This document shows positions 1 to 13,563 of a DNA stretch of 64,000 nucleotides, in pieces. The notes beneath the pieces are model-generated. The model saw only the letters and a list, made by a program, of their open reading frames with translations. It searched no databases and was not told where the DNA came from. Each line of letters begins with the position of its first letter. Positions within the stretch are counted from its first letter, which is position 1. Location: NCBI GenBank assembly GCA_024704765.1, contig JAKMXF010000306.1, positions 295,604 to 359,603 on the forward strand, given 5' to 3'. Source of the stretch: Oopsacas minuta. Lineage: Eukaryota > Animalia > Porifera. A program made the position numbers and the translations under genes.

Positions 1-1140
1 ATGCCTGATTTGCCTGGATTGTAGATTCATCACTTCTCCATAAGCATCTTGTGGTATCTTGTGGTTTCTGGCAGGTTCCGGTTTTGCAATGAGCTGTCTG
101 TTCTCTGTGGCAGGTTCTAATTTTTAGCTGAACAGCTGAAGTAATTCCTCTCGTGTTTGCTGTCGGATCTATTAAACACTTAGCACATTTTACCATTGCT
201 TTACAAGTTGAAACTGTCCTATGGTAGATATTTGTCTTTTGGTTCTGTAGACTTGCATGTGATAGAAGTTCGAGCGCTTCTCAGGGTGATTAGCAAGGGA
301 GCGTCTTATAATCTTCTGACGGTTCCGGTAACTTGTGTTTATAAGTTAAAGGTATCCAGTAAGATTTCCTCAGGGATAGTGGGGGAGTCCTTCAGTACAC
401 TTCAATGGATTTGAAGCGGTTTGCCTTTATGTGCTTGTCTGCGTACTTTCTTTCTGTTGTGATAAGTATGGTTTGTGTAGTTAGACATTTAGCACTCGGG
501 TACCTTGTTGGGACAATTGGTTGTAGGTTTGGGATTTTCTTGGGTTTTGCAGCAATTAGTATCGGGCGCTTGTTGCTCTAGCATTGATTTGTAACTTTGG
601 TCCAGTTTTCCTCTCTGTATAGCTGAATATTTTGCAGTTGCGAATCTCTGTTTATAGTTGAGTTGTCAGGAGGTTTCCAACTATAGTATTTGTATCCAGA
701 TTGAGGGTCTGCACTAGTTTTCGGTAATGTACATAGGGAATTCTGGGACGTTGAGTAGGGGTGGGTATTTCTTTGTAATGTTTGGTTATTGTCCAGTAGT
801 ATGTTTAGTCCATATGCTTTGAAGATTTGGTTATTAGTTATTAGTTTGGAGTGTTAGAGCATGTAGTTTGTGGGGTGTATCAGATCTTTGTCTCTCAGTT
901 GAAAGGCTGGGATCTGATATTTCATGTAACTCATCAAAGAATATAGATAGCCCTTACTCTGTTTATAGGCAAGCCCGTTTTTAGTTTGAAGGCTCGCTGG
1001 ATGTGGGGACGTTTAATCACGATCCCTTGTTTTGGTCACTAGTGGGTTATGCATCCTTGGAGACCCAATGCCTGCTGCTCCACATGCGGTTGTTATTTAT
1101 AACTTCTCCTTGCATACCGCTTGCCGTTTGTAAGTTCCTG
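1..1140 (-). mobile_element. Heavily decayed gag-like/ORF1 fragment of a non-LTR retrotransposon (tentative)
   Basis: The minus strand is strongly A/C-rich and gives stop-interrupted peptides (PHIQRAFKLKTGLPINRVRAI; SPTIPEEILLDTF...TVRRL...PLLITL; Cys/His remnants) resembling LINE ORF1. No intact domain. Confidence 0.3.
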
Positions 1141-1733
1141 AAACAGGTGTAGAAGGAATATGTTTGCACTGTTATAATTCGTGAATTTTGAAAGGTTACT
1201 TATTATGTATTTTTAATATTTCAGAAATGAGAAATAAACAAAATATCAAAATCAAAACATCGCCTATTACTTGTTTCAGCCTATGATTCTCAATGTTTAC
1301 AAGGAATTATTCTCCTATTATTTCATCTAGTATTTTGAGATAACATCCGATTAAAGGTGAAATACTTATTGACTTTTGACACATTTCGCTTCGTTTTTGA
1401 ATTGGAAATACAGAAGTCAATCATGTAACTTAGCAAATATGGTTAATCATTATATAGGCATGAGTGAAATGACCTATTATCTTCATAGCCGAAAGAATTG
1501 GGGATATATATATCTGTACCGACAGCACAATAACCGAACAGTTTACAATATTATACATTTTACAAAGTTCAAATGCACTCTAAATCGGGAACTTTTAGCA
1601 CTTGACACATTAAATGGGGCAAAAAACATGGAGGCAAACTAACAGCAATGGAAAAGCGATAAAACTGCACTTTTACATGATCAAGGTTACAAAATTACCG
1701 GATCGATAAAACAATAATACTTGTTCATAAGTA

Positions 1734-2808
1734 CACTGAGCGAACTAAAGTACTTGCAGATTAGGCCGGATCGAGAAAAGTATAAATCGTCGGTTCAACT
1801 TCTACCTAAGGGAAAAGTTGCCTTTACCATTTTCTAGGAAAATGCGAGACTTAAATTTGAAGAATATTTCGATTTGACCCTTGCGGTTTTATATTTTTGC
1901 TGTGTCACTTTCGCAAAATTGATTTTATATTGTCCGAATTTTCAAATTCCTTTGACTTAGCCCCTTTATATATATTATTTGGTAATAGTAAGTCGCATAT
2001 TTGCTATTGAATGGTNAAAAACAAGGGTATTTTGTATATCCTGATTGCTGTCCCAAAAGAATGCATATGATTTTTAAGTCACCACAGATTACCCAATTGT
2101 GCTGGTTATAATTAATTTTATGAAGCACAATTTTCATGTTATCATATCGTTCCTTTAAACTTACTGAATGTCCAATTGGTATGGAACTAAATTTGTTGCC
2201 ATTATGAAGTAGAACACATTTCAAACTTTGTTTTGAACTATCAATAAAGAGTCTCCAATCATTAGGTACATACGGACATCCAAGAGCATTAACTAGCGGT
2301 GAAACATCATGACAAAACACAAATCTGTCTTCCATTATGAAATATTTCAAAAATTCGATCTCTCTGTTCCTATATGAGTGAAATTTTGTTTCTTGGAGAA
2401 GCAAGTTTTTTCTTTTAGCCTAAAACCTAACAACTCCGCAGATTCTTTAGGTATATCTGAATCACGTACCAAATCATTTAATTCAGACTGATTAAATAAC
2501 TGTGGAGAATTAGAACGAGATAATGCACACGGAATAAAATCCTCATCTTCTCTAATTAATGAATCTCTAGTTTCACAATCATCAATTTCCGAGATAACAT
2601 CCAAATTAGTAAATGTTGGAACAGGTACATCAATAGAATGGGGAACGGGTCGTATTGCTGAATGTAAATTTGGATACTTGATCAATGACTTGGTTTTAGC
2701 ATTGAATCCGGAAATATTCGCCATACAAAAGTAACAATCGCTAATGTGATCTCGTACATTTCCTTTCTTCACAATATCCTCATCTCCCTCCATCTGTATG
2801 AGAAACAA
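1734..2808 (-). mobile_element. Chapaev3 (CMC) DNA transposon remnant, truncated and internally deleted
   Basis: ORFs 2347-2808 (DCYFCMANISGFNAK...YPNLHSAIRPVPHS...FNQSELNDLVRD) and 1925-2404 (DWRLFIDSSKQSLKCVLLHNGN...ICGDLK...LLGQQSGYTKYPCF) carry Chapaev3 transposase motifs. CACTG terminus at 1734. Confidence 0.8.
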
Positions 2809-4423
2809 TTGAGTCTATGCTGAAAGCAATTAAGAAAGGCCTCGGAAAAGATAGATACAATCGAAGCAAGTTTACTATGACAGCCAGTCGAGATCCAAAT
2901 CCACACTCATTGATCTCCTGAGAGACTACTGATTACGAAGAGAGGCGATCGATATGAAGAAGCTTTTGCCTTCAGTCAAATGTGAGAATACCTATCTATA
3001 TCTGAGCTTAATTATTACGCTTCGATACTATTTACTAGTGGAAATTCTCCTGAATTTACCCTGGATTGCTATAACTATTTAGAAGTTGTGCTACGTCCCT
3101 ACTCATAGCTATTAGGTTGTGGATTAGTGGCGATACACGCAAACTCTATATTGGGATTGCCGGCAACTCCAGTAAGAACTCCAAAGAGTAAGTGCTTGCT
3201 ACGCCTCGGGCTACGTCATTTTACAGTACCCTGTACGTATTAACAAACTCAGGGCACTTAACTTCTATTACAATTATATAGAGAGAAATATACAGCATAT
3301 TATTGCAATGGTAGATTAAGACAGGGGTTCCTGACCTTTATAGCCTCGTGCTAGCTATTTGACCGACTCTATTGCTACTGGTTTAAGACAAATTTCACAT
3401 TCCAAAGTAGTGATGAAATGGACAAATTCAAAAAGTAGTATTGATAATGAGTTATAACAATTCCGATTTCCTCTACAATATTACTTAGTTAATGGATTTT
3501 AGGAAATTTTGTATTTAGACCGTCAGTTTTCGGAATTACATTATAACTGTTGTTCAAATAATTGTTCTGGTTTGCCAAAATAATGTTCAAAATACTCGAT
3601 TACCAGAAAATTGAATTCAGATGTAGAAGAGTTAAATTTCTTGGTGTATTTGCAACAATATTTGAAATTATTTGCCAGAATAATCGAAGTTTGGTATATT
3701 TGTCAAAATAATAGTTCATCCCTCTCAAATCAACAATTCAAAATTCCATTATGATTATTATTAAGGAAGCGGTGGAGGTGAGACAAGCTTATTATTGACT
3801 TTTCGCTTAGGCAATGGGTGCGAGAGTTGATTCAATGTTGAGGGTTCTAGAATGTTACAGGATACTATCGGGAAAATGTGTCATTTATAATTACGAAAAG
3901 GTGATAAAATCTCTTTTATGTTACGAAATTGGTTAACTGGAAATGGTGAAATTTTAGTATTCTTTTTCATTACGAACGTAATACTTCGGCAGTAGTCGGT
4001 TATGAAACACTGTTATAGGAAAACAATTTCAATTTCATGAAATTACCACGAGTTACTATTGGGAAATAATTCCAACATTTTGATTGTTCACTTGACCACA
4101 TTTAGAGTTGTTCTCCATAGCCACACACGAATGTGTCCGGAATGTGACATCGATCGATTAGTAAAGAGTTCAAGCACACTCGACGAATACTATAGATATT
4201 TAAGCAACATGTTACAGCCTAATAGAGAACTATAACCAGTAACGAAGAACCCAAATGAGGATATGAGAAATATGACGTAAATAGAAACTATATGTGAATT
4301 ACTACCACAATGTAAATAAATGAAATATGCTTTTCGCAGATAAGCCTTTAAAACTATATTCTTATGGTGAACTAACTGGGAGGTGGATAATTCAAAACTA
4401 ATAAAAAAATATTTAATAATAAT

Positions 4424-4711
<288 letters not shown>

Positions 4712-5715
4712 TTGGATAATATCCCTGGGATAGTTTTGACAACTTCTTATCATTGATGTGAGCAAATGTGCTTAAAATTTTTGGGAGATCAGTGAAAATT
4801 ATGACAATTGGGTCAAGATTACCATAAAAATCTTCAACATCTAATTGTGAGCTTGTAATTATATGGTTTCGCAGATCTTTACCTTTGCTACCAAACCGAT
4901 ACTGTATATATCCCTATAGCATATTTTTATCTTCGGAGATTCAAGTGGGAAGTGCAAGATTACATAATATGCAAGCATAACCTGGAGCGTTGGATTGAGA
5001 AAATACTTCATTACAAGAAATAAACTCAACATCACAGACTCGAGCTATAAGTAGATCTAGCCTGTGATTAAAACTGGGGCAATATGTCGAGATGGTTACC
5101 TAGGGTGTAAAAGTTTGACAAATTTACTAGGATCAGGATCAGTTTGGTTATCAAGACATATGTATAATCCTCCCGTATATATGATTTATGAGAAGTAAAT
5201 ACTTCTTTCAAGAAGTTAGGGACTTCTCTAAGAATTGCAAGAACTTGAGCTTGAAGAAGTTATCAAAAGTAGATCAAAAGTAGTCTTAATTTATGAATAA
5301 TTCCATCAAATGTAAAATCCAAATGTTTAGATTTTGGATATATATATTTTCCTCTGGCACCTCGGATTAAATGCCATAAAATAATTAATATGCACCCAGG
5401 ATATCCTACTTATTTAGGAGATAGTTAAGGATATCTGCATGAGAATCCTAAGCAATTAATGGACTCTCCTCCATCTATTGTGCGAATAGTAGTTTTAACT
5501 TGTTCATTTACTAATGTTGTCACCAATTCTATCTACTATGAGTAATTTTCCACCGATTTATAGAGTCAATGCGAAGAGCATTGGCTAATGGCATTACCCT
5601 GCAGCATATTGCTAATAGGCCAACGAAATTTAGAAGTGCTTGGATATCTACTACATACCTACTACATCATATTATAATAATGTGCGTGGCTGTATATTTC
5701 GAGGTCTATAGCATA

Positions 5716-6640
5716 CACTAAGTGGACAAAAGTATTTCAACACACGAATATATTGTCATAAATTGTATACTCTTTCCCGCTCCTATATATTGTATATGCT
5801 ATATTCGTAGCTGCAATCTAGTAATTTGCATAGAATAACATATGTTTCTCACGATTTTCAAAAAAATATTCTCGATTTGCACTTTTTGAAGGTGCTAATT
5901 ATTAATAATTAATTATTCGATAATTATTGATATTCAAAATATATGGTAATTCAAAGCCTATTAAGAATCTATAATTTCTGACTTGATTTTTGAATTCTAC
6001 TTAGGTAAAGTTACCCCAGATTGAATTTCCAATCGGATTGAACAATTTTTACCAAAGTTATAGAAGAATTTCAATTTGTCCCACTTGTGCCACTTTTTGA
6101 AAAAAGTGGCACGGGTGGCAGGAAAAAGCGCCACTACAAGGAAATCAACTAGGGTTAGGAGGAATAAGTCGAAGTAATATTTTCGAATGATATGACTATG
6201 CTAACCCTTGAATTCCAAAATAACCTCTTGGTAGCGGCCACTTGTGCCACCTTGGGCAAAAAGTTGCATAAGTGGGACAAATTGAAATTCTTCTATAACT
6301 TTGGTAAAAATTGTTCAATCCGATTGGAAATTCAATCTGGGGTAACTTTGCCTACTTAGACTTCAAATATCAAGTCAGAAATTATAGATTCTTAATAGGC
6401 TTTGAATTACCACATATTTTGAATATCAATAATTATCTAATAATTAATTATTAATAATTAGCACCTTCATAAAGTGCAAATCGAAAATATTTTTTTGTAA
6501 TTCTTGAAAAACACATGTTATTCTATGCAAATTACTAGATTGCAGATACAAATATAGACTACACAATATATAGTGGCGGGAAAGAGTATACAATTTATGA
6601 CAATTTATTTGTGTGTTCGAATACTTTTGTCCCCTGACTG
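5716..6640. mobile_element. Foldback MITE (~400-bp arms, ~120-bp spacer), Tc1-type ends, copy 1
   Basis: Left end TA|CACTAAGTGGACAAAAGTATT, right end AATACTTTTGTCCCCTGACTG. The arms are long reverse complements. A near-identical copy lies at 35578-36491. No ORF. Confidence 0.9.
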
Positions 6641-6972
6641 GATATATCTTATTGTAATTAGTTTATCAATCACTTTCTTAGCTATTTCCTTTTAATGTAG
6701 TATGAATGCAAAATACAGTCTGTAACGAAATTATTTACAAATTTACTATAGTTTATATCGTACTACAGCATTGACTTCACTCTAATAATAGCTCTACCTA
6801 TTATTGTTTTAGGACGAATCCATACCTAAATCGATGATAAATGCATTCTTTGCTAAATCTAGCATCTTTTGTTATTATTTCTAGCCTCACAATAATATTA
6901 TTCTCTCGGTTATTCACAATTTTCTATCCGAGGTTATATTTTCCTACGAAATTATAGCTATATCATTTCGAA

Positions 6973-8030
6973 ATGTCATAAATTCGGAGAAAGGAGGTCT
7001 CTAGGGATCTGAGAATGAATAATTATTCCTACTATCAGATATTAACACGCTGTGGTGTTTCTTTCAAAACAGTCTACAATGTACGGACACAGCTTCGAAG
7101 CAGTGAGAAATTAGACCACAAGAATGGAGCAGGAAGACCCATGAAACTAACCGAGAACGATCATGTTTCGTTGGGCATTAAGTTGCGGAACCAGCCGAGG
7201 ATATCATTGCGTACCCTAAACGGCCAATTGAAGTTCGAAAGGGGAGTTGATGTGTCCCATGAAAGCATATGGAGAACAATAAAAAAGTTATGATACCCGA
7301 AAAGATTGGCCATCCGAGGACAATTCATCACTCCAGCCAGGTGCGTAAACTTGGGTGTGCGGCGGGTCCCTAGCAGCCTGGCGACTATGATGCCATGATG
7401 CCAAAGGTGTTTGGCACCCTGGCATTTTCAAACTGAACTGGCCCCACAAACTCCATTTAGCAGGTGGCGAGCGAAAAGATTTTCTCTTAAACAAAAATTA
7501 AGACAACTAAGGTTTCCTAGTTTAGTGTCTGTTGTCATCCCAAGCGCTAATCTTGCCTTGCGCTGTTCATTCTCATCACGAATTCTTCAACAAGCTGTGA
7601 TTGGTCAAGTGCATCTCAAAATGAAATATTTATTCAGAAGATATACTACTAGGGAATGAACAAAGCGTCGTGGTACCCTGCGTATTTTGATGAAGTTTCG
7701 CCGGAGACTCCAGCTAATGAGGAAAAATGAGTTTGTTGGCTAAACAAGAGATGAATATTCGTTGGGGTAAAATATTTATCACAGGTGAGTGTTTTATTTG
7801 GTTGCAAGTAGCAAGGTTCACCTGTAGGTAAAAGTGACGAAACCCATATTAAATGTCCCTCAACACACTCCCAAATTATATGTCTAGGGAGGAATATCAA
7901 CCCGTGGTACAATAACAGTGTATATTCTCAAGGAGAATTTTAATTCGACATTTATTGGAATGTTCTAGATGAGGTATTTATTCAAGCAGCTAATCTCTTG
8001 TACCCAGAAGGCTGGAAATTGCAAGAAGAT
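6973..8030 (+). mobile_element. Tc1-like transposase pseudogene interrupted by a 369-bp insertion
   Basis: HTH region (GAGRPMKLTEND...VSHESIWRTIKKL), then after the insertion ITPANEEK*VCW, WGKIFITGE, GGISTRG and WKLQED, which are Tc1 DDE-region motifs with stops and frameshifts. Confidence 0.8.
7338..7706. mobile_element. 369-bp non-autonomous element with 8-bp TSD (hAT-like MITE)
   Basis: Exact direct repeat ACTCCAGC at 7330-7337 and 7707-7714. Degenerate TIR (CAGGTGCGTAAACTT vs CTCCGGCGAAACTT). Removing it restores the Tc1 reading frame. Confidence 0.8.
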
Positions 8031-8806
8031 GTCCTAGAGATTACATTTGTTCTCAATGCAAATCAAAGTTGAGCATAAGTTATGGCAGTTCAAACTAAGT
8101 GATCAAATATATATATCAAATTCTGTACTCTATATTATTTAATCTCAATGATTGTTTGTCCGTTGTTAAGGAGAGGATTTACGGTATGCAATTTTGAAAT
8201 TATCGCATAACTATGTATGATCGTGTTTCTCAAGGCGGTAAAATAGAATTAATTAATACTTCACTAAATAAATCGAACATGCTGAATCATATGTAAATAT
8301 ATTGTCGTTTTCTGAATGTACAGAATAAAATGAGCAATATATCTCAAATTTTAAATAAATACTTGCTCTCAACGGCTACAGAGGGGGTTGATCTTACAAA
8401 ATATTTCAATAGTATATACCATATTAGTATATTTGTGAATTACACTGGTTTAAATATATCTATATTATATTACTCAGGCGACTGTCAAATTTGTAGATTA
8501 TGGATAGCCCGAGGCGCAATGCGTCGAGTTCATTGCGAAGCGACGAGCCAAAGCCTCATAGTAAGGCATAACAAAATTGGAATTATATTATAGAAGATCC
8601 TCCACCTTGAACTCGGTGCTAAACACATTACTCAATTATACAAAACTGAATAATATCAAAAGAATACAGGAATATTATCGTGAACCACGCCCGCGAAATT
8701 TAAGTACCAAAATTTCACATAAATGTGGGGGCAGTTCAGACCGCCCCTGCTCCGCCAGCTCTGGTGACAACGGCTAGCAATCATGTATCTCTTTAATTTC
8801 TTTTAG

Positions 8807-9662
8807 ATCCTTACATTTGATCTCCACCGTAATGTTAAAATTTGGCAAGTCTATTCTCATATTTATGAATGTCTTTTGCAAGTGGACACATTTTCACTTA
8901 TTTCAGTCCCATCAATAATTATCTCTACCAAAAAGCGATTATGTGTTGCAATTAATTCTCCCGAGCACTCATTCTATATAATCTCGATGTATAATACACA
9001 AAGTCTCAAAAAATATTCACACTCTTATGCTCATGATCATGAAGATAATATTAATGATTTGGCCAATTGCTCTCGGAGTGGAATTTTTATCTCAATTGGA
9101 ATGGACCGAACATTCAGGGTTTGGAATAAATGTAATGCACTAATTGTTGTATTATCAATGTCTTTTATTCCCACTTGCGTTTGTTTGGCTAGCGAGAATG
9201 GTGATATATTGATTTCAATGGGGAAACAACTCTTCGTTGTTATTGCATCTTCATATATTCCCAAATCTGTTTCCCAGGATTGTATAATCGAAAAAGCCAT
9301 GGAATGTGAAGTTCTAAATAATAATCTGCTTATTGGTCCCTTGGATAGATTAACTACTGTTAGTTTGCAAGTTTTTTTGCGAGAAAAGTTTATATTTAGA
9401 ACAAAGAATCTATATGAATCACTGTCTCCTATTTGTGAGGTAAAGAGTATCAAAGATTCTTTTGTTCACAATGGAGAAGTTGGTATTCAAAGGTGTCAAA
9501 TTGTTGAGGTTGAAAAATCGGGGATTGTTCCATTTAATCAAACGGAAGTCGATTTATTCCAAATAAATGAAGAATCATTAAGCAAATATGGATATAATTC
9601 TTCACCTTATATAATGAATATTTCGTTAGATGATGGTATTGATACTGAGAAATCAATCAAAG
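8807..9662 (+). CDS. WDR97: Internal exon of a WD40-repeat gene, WDR97/WDR87-like
   Basis: Acceptor tttcttttAG at 8805-8806 extends ORF 8876-9712 by ILTFDLHRNVKIWQ. WD40 repeat HEDNINDLANCSRSGIFISIGMDRTFRVWN is followed by NGDILISMGKQLFVVIASSYIP, recalled as similar to WDR97 (GDLVLALGSRLCLVSHRLYLP). Candidate phase-1 donor AAG|GTATTT at 9663. Symbol is tentative, from memory. Confidence 0.75.
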
Positions 9663-11164
9663 GTATTTTAGGGCTTTTCACAAGTCATCAGATTTCTAGA
9701 TCGTGTCATTGAGTCATTTTGATTCATTACAAAATTATGACACGATAGTCACCAGACTCTGCGAGTCATTTCAAAGAAAAGCAAATATGAAAAGTCCTGG
9801 TATTGTTGTGAACTTTGCGATATTTACGGATCTCAATGTGGGACATACACAATGGTTGCCCATAATTACCTTTTTTCCTTGGATTATCCCCCCTTGTGCA
9901 ATTGTCCCCACTGAGGCTTCCAAATAGATATAACTGGTTAAATAAACTAATTATTGTCCACCTGTATTGATTTATCTACTGTCACAGTCTTTTACATAAT
10001 TATTTGCAGTAGTTTGATCTGCTATGGCGTTGAGACTATATCACAATTCGTTTTGGCTATTTCGATCGATTACTCAAATATTTGGCCTAGTTTTCACATA
10101 ATCACTATGCTCCTAATTAATCTTGTTCCCTTTCGAGGCTATGACCATGCTACACGTTTTACCCATTGAGCTTATGAAGTTTGCTAGGAATTCGGATCGA
10201 AAGATTCCCACTCCTGTTTGACAATTGTTTAGACATCGTTTATGGTCTCAAACTTGAAGTATAAATCAATGAACATAAATTACAGAATGTGTAGAATAAG
10301 CTACTAGCTGGCATATAGTTGGTTAACACACATATGTCATCCCTTGATTTCTTATATATTATATTATGGCATCTTTCATTTCAAATTAATTCCACGTAAT
10401 CGTTCATTGATGCAGTGATTTATGATATATCATGATTCATAACATACTATACATAAGGTCTCACAACTGAATATGGATTTTGGACCAGGGATGCTCGTTT
10501 CGAGAGAATGTAAATATATACTAATATATTTTATTTCACTATTATAGTGTATTTTAAGGTAGATATTTTGTTTTAGCGATCTAACTTGTGCATTGGCTTG
10601 TTTTAACTTTATAAATTTACGTGGCCCATAATGGCTAATTATTTCCATTTTTTTTGTTTTTAATCCATAAATGGTAATTTTCCATGAAATTTACATTTGT
10701 ATTGAAATTTTTGTCAACTTGAGATCTTAAGCCTATGTTTTGTGCTATTTGCATATATTTCTACTCATATTATGTTGTTAAAGCATCAATGATAATGAAT
10801 AACAATTGCCGGTATTTGAGATGTCACATAAGCCACATGAGCTCAGATACTCTTTGCTTCGTTCTCTCCAGGCAAGATGTTGCTGATCTCAAGATTGTTT
10901 ACTTGTGTTCCATTTCAGAAATGGGGACATTAAATATACACACTCATATAGTACCCAATAGATCTGGCATTTGTAGAGAGGCCCTCGCAATTATCGAAAG
11001 CTTAAGAAAGTGCTGGACCGTCTATTGGATCCGGGTGCCCAGTTTGATATTCCGCACAGTCTATAATGAATCTGATTTGGCAAAATTTTGGCTTATCCTA
11101 TGTAAGAATTATCAGGCCTTTGGCCAATTTCCACAGACTCTCTGCTATTTAATATGATATACTT

Positions 11165-11211
11165 TGCGCCACGGCCCCCAAAGGTCGCAGATCCAAGGTT
11201 GTGAACCACTG
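11165..11211 (-). mobile_element. Solo hAT-type terminal sequence
   Basis: The minus strand reads CAGTGGTTCACAACCTTGGATCTGCGACCTTTGGGGG, a typical hAT/MITE end. The partner end was not found. Confidence 0.4.
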
Positions 11212-11467
11212 TTCTGATGGATGAGGTGCATCTAAAATCAGAAATAACTTCCTAGGGTGCATATGCCTTGCTAGAGAATTGCTTACAACGCCAGGACTAT
11301 TGTAAGCAACTCCAGTAGTACATCTTGCACCACATTGGTGTCGTAAATTTTGGTACAACTCTTCGGGAAACCCAGACGGCATATGTCAGGACAGTGAACC
11401 TTACTGATCAGGCATTGACCTAATACTAAATTATTGCATAAGTTTTATGAAAGTCAGACACTACGAT

Positions 11468-13509
11468 CAGGGGTGTTGTGTAGGGGAGCGGGGGAGCAGC
11501 GCTTCCCCACTACAAATTGCATGGGGAAAGGCGCTCCCTCACTTTAACTTGATTATTGGTATTATATTTAAATTAAGGTAAATTTATTTTTCTGGAATTG
11601 CCCTTCTTTCGTACTCTAATCAACTTCCCTTAAGGGGTAACATCGGCTCCGGGCCATTCCAACCAATTAAGTGGATTAAACGTGTTGGCCTCGTCTCCGG
11701 AATTATTTAACATCGGACTGCAATGTTTTGGCCAAGTGATCTTATCAATCGTAGCAATTTTGCATATTCTGGACCAGTATAACAACGGCGCAATTGGACT
11801 TTGCCATAATATCTCTCAATACTTGATGACCTCTACACCTACATTTATGTGAAATTCCATAAGAGTTTATTTCATTATCTTTCAATTTACTCAGGGATGT
11901 GGCAAAGAGTAGTAAAAGGAACCTAGAATTCAATACTGACGCTTTTATGCGATTATATATTATACAAAGGGTATTCATTTAATTCGTAACTCTTAGAATA
12001 TTTGTATTATATAAGTGAGATAAGCCTCAAATGCTACTATAAATGTTCAAAGTAGCCTCCCTTGTGCTCAATTACAAGCTTTAAACGCTCTATTCACTTG
12101 AAAAATGTTTTTTTATACTCTTCTTGTGGTATGTCTCTGAGGTACCGTTGGATGGCCCTTCCAATTTGCATCCGTTCTCCAAAAACTGTACCTGCTAGGT
12201 GCTTTTTGAGCCCATCGATAGCCAGAAGTCGGAAGGTGCTAGGTCAGGGCTATAGGGTGGATGTTTCAATCCCTCAAGACCTATAGAAGCAATCTTTTCC
12301 TTGACTTCCTTAGATTTGTGCGGTCTGGCATTATCATGCAAAATTTTGATTCCTCTAAGACCCGTGGCTGGCCGACGTTCAATATAATGTTTTTCGATTT
12401 CCGGAAGAACAACTGTTGCATAAAAGTGCCCGGTAACTGTTTGCCCCTTAGGAGTACAGATTTGGCAGACTGGACCATGTGACTCGAAAAATATGGTGTA
12501 CATTACTTTGGTGGCCCAATGATCTGGTCTTGGTAGTGCTGGGGGAGAACTCGCTTTTACAATCCATACCTTGTTCTGTTCTTTGCGAGTTGGCTCTGAA
12601 TATCTTATCCACGTCTCATCATCGGTACATATTTCAAATAGTCGCCTCTCATCACATTGATCATACTTTTCAAGCAGCTTTTTGCAATTCTCACCCGGGT
12701 CTTCTTTTGAGTCTGATTCAACAATTATGGGACCCAACGTGAGCAAACCTTGGACATACCAAGATGTTTGGTCAGAATTGCATGAACACTTCCCGTTGAC
12801 AAAGTTAGGCTGGTAGCTAACTGCTCTATCGTAATATGGGGATCAGAGTCACACATTTCAGCTACAAGAGCAATATTGTTTGCAGTGGTAGCAATTATAG
12901 GTTGCCCCATCCGAGGGTCATCTTCAACCGACACCCTACCTTCACGAAAACGTAGACTCCACTTCTTAACGGTTGATTCCGAACAGGCCTCCCACCATAT
13001 ACCTGAACTAAATCTTGGTGGATATTCCTTGGCGTATCGCCGAGTAATGAGCGGATTTTGATGTATGCTCTTTGTTCAAGTAGAAATTCATTAGATTTTG
13101 AAGTCATAAATTCCTCTATGGTTGCTATAACCTATCTTCAAAAGGGTGTATCTCAAAAAATGTCAAATCAATTTCCACAAAGTATAGTGTCCTAAATAGA
13201 CGAAAATCTAAGCTATAAATTAGATGCAAATAGTAAATACATGTAGTTGAACAATGATAGCAATAGCTAGGGTTACGAACTACTTGAAATCCCTTTGTAG
13301 AATCCTTTATCAAGAATGGATTGCGGAGCCGACTGTTACATCTGTACCGAAGAAGGACAACATTATTTAGAAGTATTTTTAGTTTATATTACTCGCAATG
13401 TAGAATACAACATGTTCATTGATATACAAATAACTCTGTTTTACAAATGTTGCGTAATATATTCTTTTATAAGCGTTGCCCCACTAGAAATTTGAGCACT
13501 ACACTCCTG
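11468..13509. mobile_element. ~707-bp hAT-like non-autonomous element split by a mariner insertion
   Basis: TIR CAGGGGTGTTGTG vs CAGGAGTGTAGTG (11/13). 8-bp TSD ACTACGAT (11460-67) / ACCACGAT (13510-17). Confidence 0.7.
11965..13297 (-). mobile_element. Mariner (DD34D) element, full length, frameshifted
   Basis: TA-flanked TIRs (CAAAGGGTATTCATTTAATTCGTAAC / CAAAGGGATTTCAAGTAGTTCGTAAC). EQRAYIK, WVP, TDDETW, and HDNARPH...HPPYSPDLAPSDF with 34 residues between the Ds. Split over three ORFs. Confidence 0.93.
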
Positions 13510-13563
13510 ACCACGATTATCATCAAATATCTTGAAATTTTCATTCATGACTCAATCAAGATA

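Noticed and set aside
8500-8765. GCGAAGCG motif, CGCAATG/CATTGCG hairpin and GGGGGCAG...GCCCC stretch as Helitron or MITE ends
   Set aside because: Isolated short motifs without paired termini or TSD.
9037-9453. 138-aa minus-strand ORF, and similar shadows (43497-43829, 13815-14183, 19052-19330, 28714-29007)
   Set aside because: Antisense shadows of real coding or transposase sequence.
9703-10169. ORFs 9703-9927 and 9954-10169 as a continuation of the WD40 exon
   Set aside because: A 37-bp intron (9663-9699) leads to a stop within 7 codons; no frame-compatible join or recognisable motif. Not fully excluded without RNA data.
11630-11660. TTAAGGGG, a possible Kolobok end
   Set aside because: One end only, and it lies inside the hAT-like MITE.
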